In this document: positions 63,059-64,000 of the stretch, piece by piece
How the letters are laid out: each line of letters begins with the position of its first letter
Numbering within the stretch: position 1 is the stretch's first letter
Source: Spongospora subterranea f. sp. subterranea
Lineage: Eukaryota
DNA: 64,000 bases
NCBI GenBank assembly: GCA_049724395.1
Contig: JAUGWO010000128.1
Coordinates: 124,001 to 188,000, forward strand
Reading direction: 5' to 3'
Notes under the pieces: generated by a model
The model's database searches: none
What the model saw: the letters and a program-made list of their open reading frames with translations, nothing else
What the model was told of the DNA's origin: nothing
Position numbers and translations under genes: made by a program

Positions 63059-64000
63059 ATTTTTAACGCGAACTAGATTATATGACCTGATCTACTGCTG
63101 TTGGGTACGGTTGTGCTCACCCCAACAAAGTATCTCCAAGTCAATAGCTATCGCCTGACACATCCTTCAAATCTCAAATTTCTTCTTCCAATTGCTTCGA
63201 CATCTTGTCTATGAATATAACATTTGATTTATTGCCTGTGCATCTAACCAGTCGGACTTTTGAATCAGAAGGGGTTACAACAAACACTAGATTCCAATGT
63301 GCTCGACACGGTCGCAATGATCCGAATCTCAAGCTGGAAAGTTGGCTAATATTGCATAGGTGGTCAGGCTCAGACATAACAAGGAACGCAACAGGTAGTC
63401 ACTAAGACAATATGAACCACCCTGCAATAATGTACGCCTCTGATTGCTTTTCGAACAATTCGTTTTTCGAAGTCATCATCAACATGACATCACCAAAACA
63501 TGTCAACGACGTTTAAAGCCAGATTGCTACGACCCCGCTGCTGTTGACAAATATGCCAGGACAATTAACTGCCTGGCTGAGGAATGCCGATACTGAGAGA
63601 AACCGTTGAAGTATCTGAAGTTATTTCAAATTTCAAATGTAACATCACCAATGGTCGAAGACGATGAATTTGCGAAAGGTCGTCGCGACTACAGCCGATA
63701 CGCTGGGGCAGAAAGAATTATGGTCATGGGGATATCGCTTTACCGTTGCCACGAAATACTCGTTTAAAGGTCCCGCTTGGAGCAATCGACTCAATCACCC
63801 TCAATGTTTTCCATAGTCAGTACTTGGTGTTGGGTCCTTTGGCCAGCAGCTGTGCTGGACCAATCTAATTTGAGAATACTGAACTGTAGCCTGAGCCACT
63901 GTCAAAGGTGTCTACCGTATCACCAAATGTACAGTCACGACCGAGCGTATTTGAAAACAGGCCAATATTTCGGGCGAACTCCAGTAGTCGATCAGAGCTC

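Overview
Gene-dense eukaryotic nuclear DNA with many short (~40-65 nt) spliceosomal introns. It comes from a flagellated microbial eukaryote (axonemal dynein present); a plasmodiophorid-like protist is a guess only, and a chytrid-like organism is not excluded. Genes I can support: an ABCB1/MDR transporter, a LEA_2-type membrane protein, three secreted or surface proteins, a NASP histone chaperone, a truncated glucosidase II beta-like protein, peptide:N-glycanase, a PDCD4-like MA3 protein, a FET/TAF15-like RNA-binding protein, NDUFA9, a peroxisomal SLC25 carrier, an hnRNP F/H-like protein, a ~15.6 kb DNAH10-type dynein heavy chain and an LRR protein. Intergenic DNA holds decayed Ty3/Gypsy, pogo and probably MULE/hAT fragments, a ~400 bp imperfect palindrome, a 23-24 bp minisatellite and a ~2.5 kb satellite with a 49-50 bp unit. 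The most novel-looking signal is the PNGase. After manual splicing it has an N-terminal UBR-box-like Cys finger and a C-terminal AZUL-like zinc domain, suggesting its own route to the proteasome. Gene models were spliced by eye, so boundaries are approximate, and no database searches were run.
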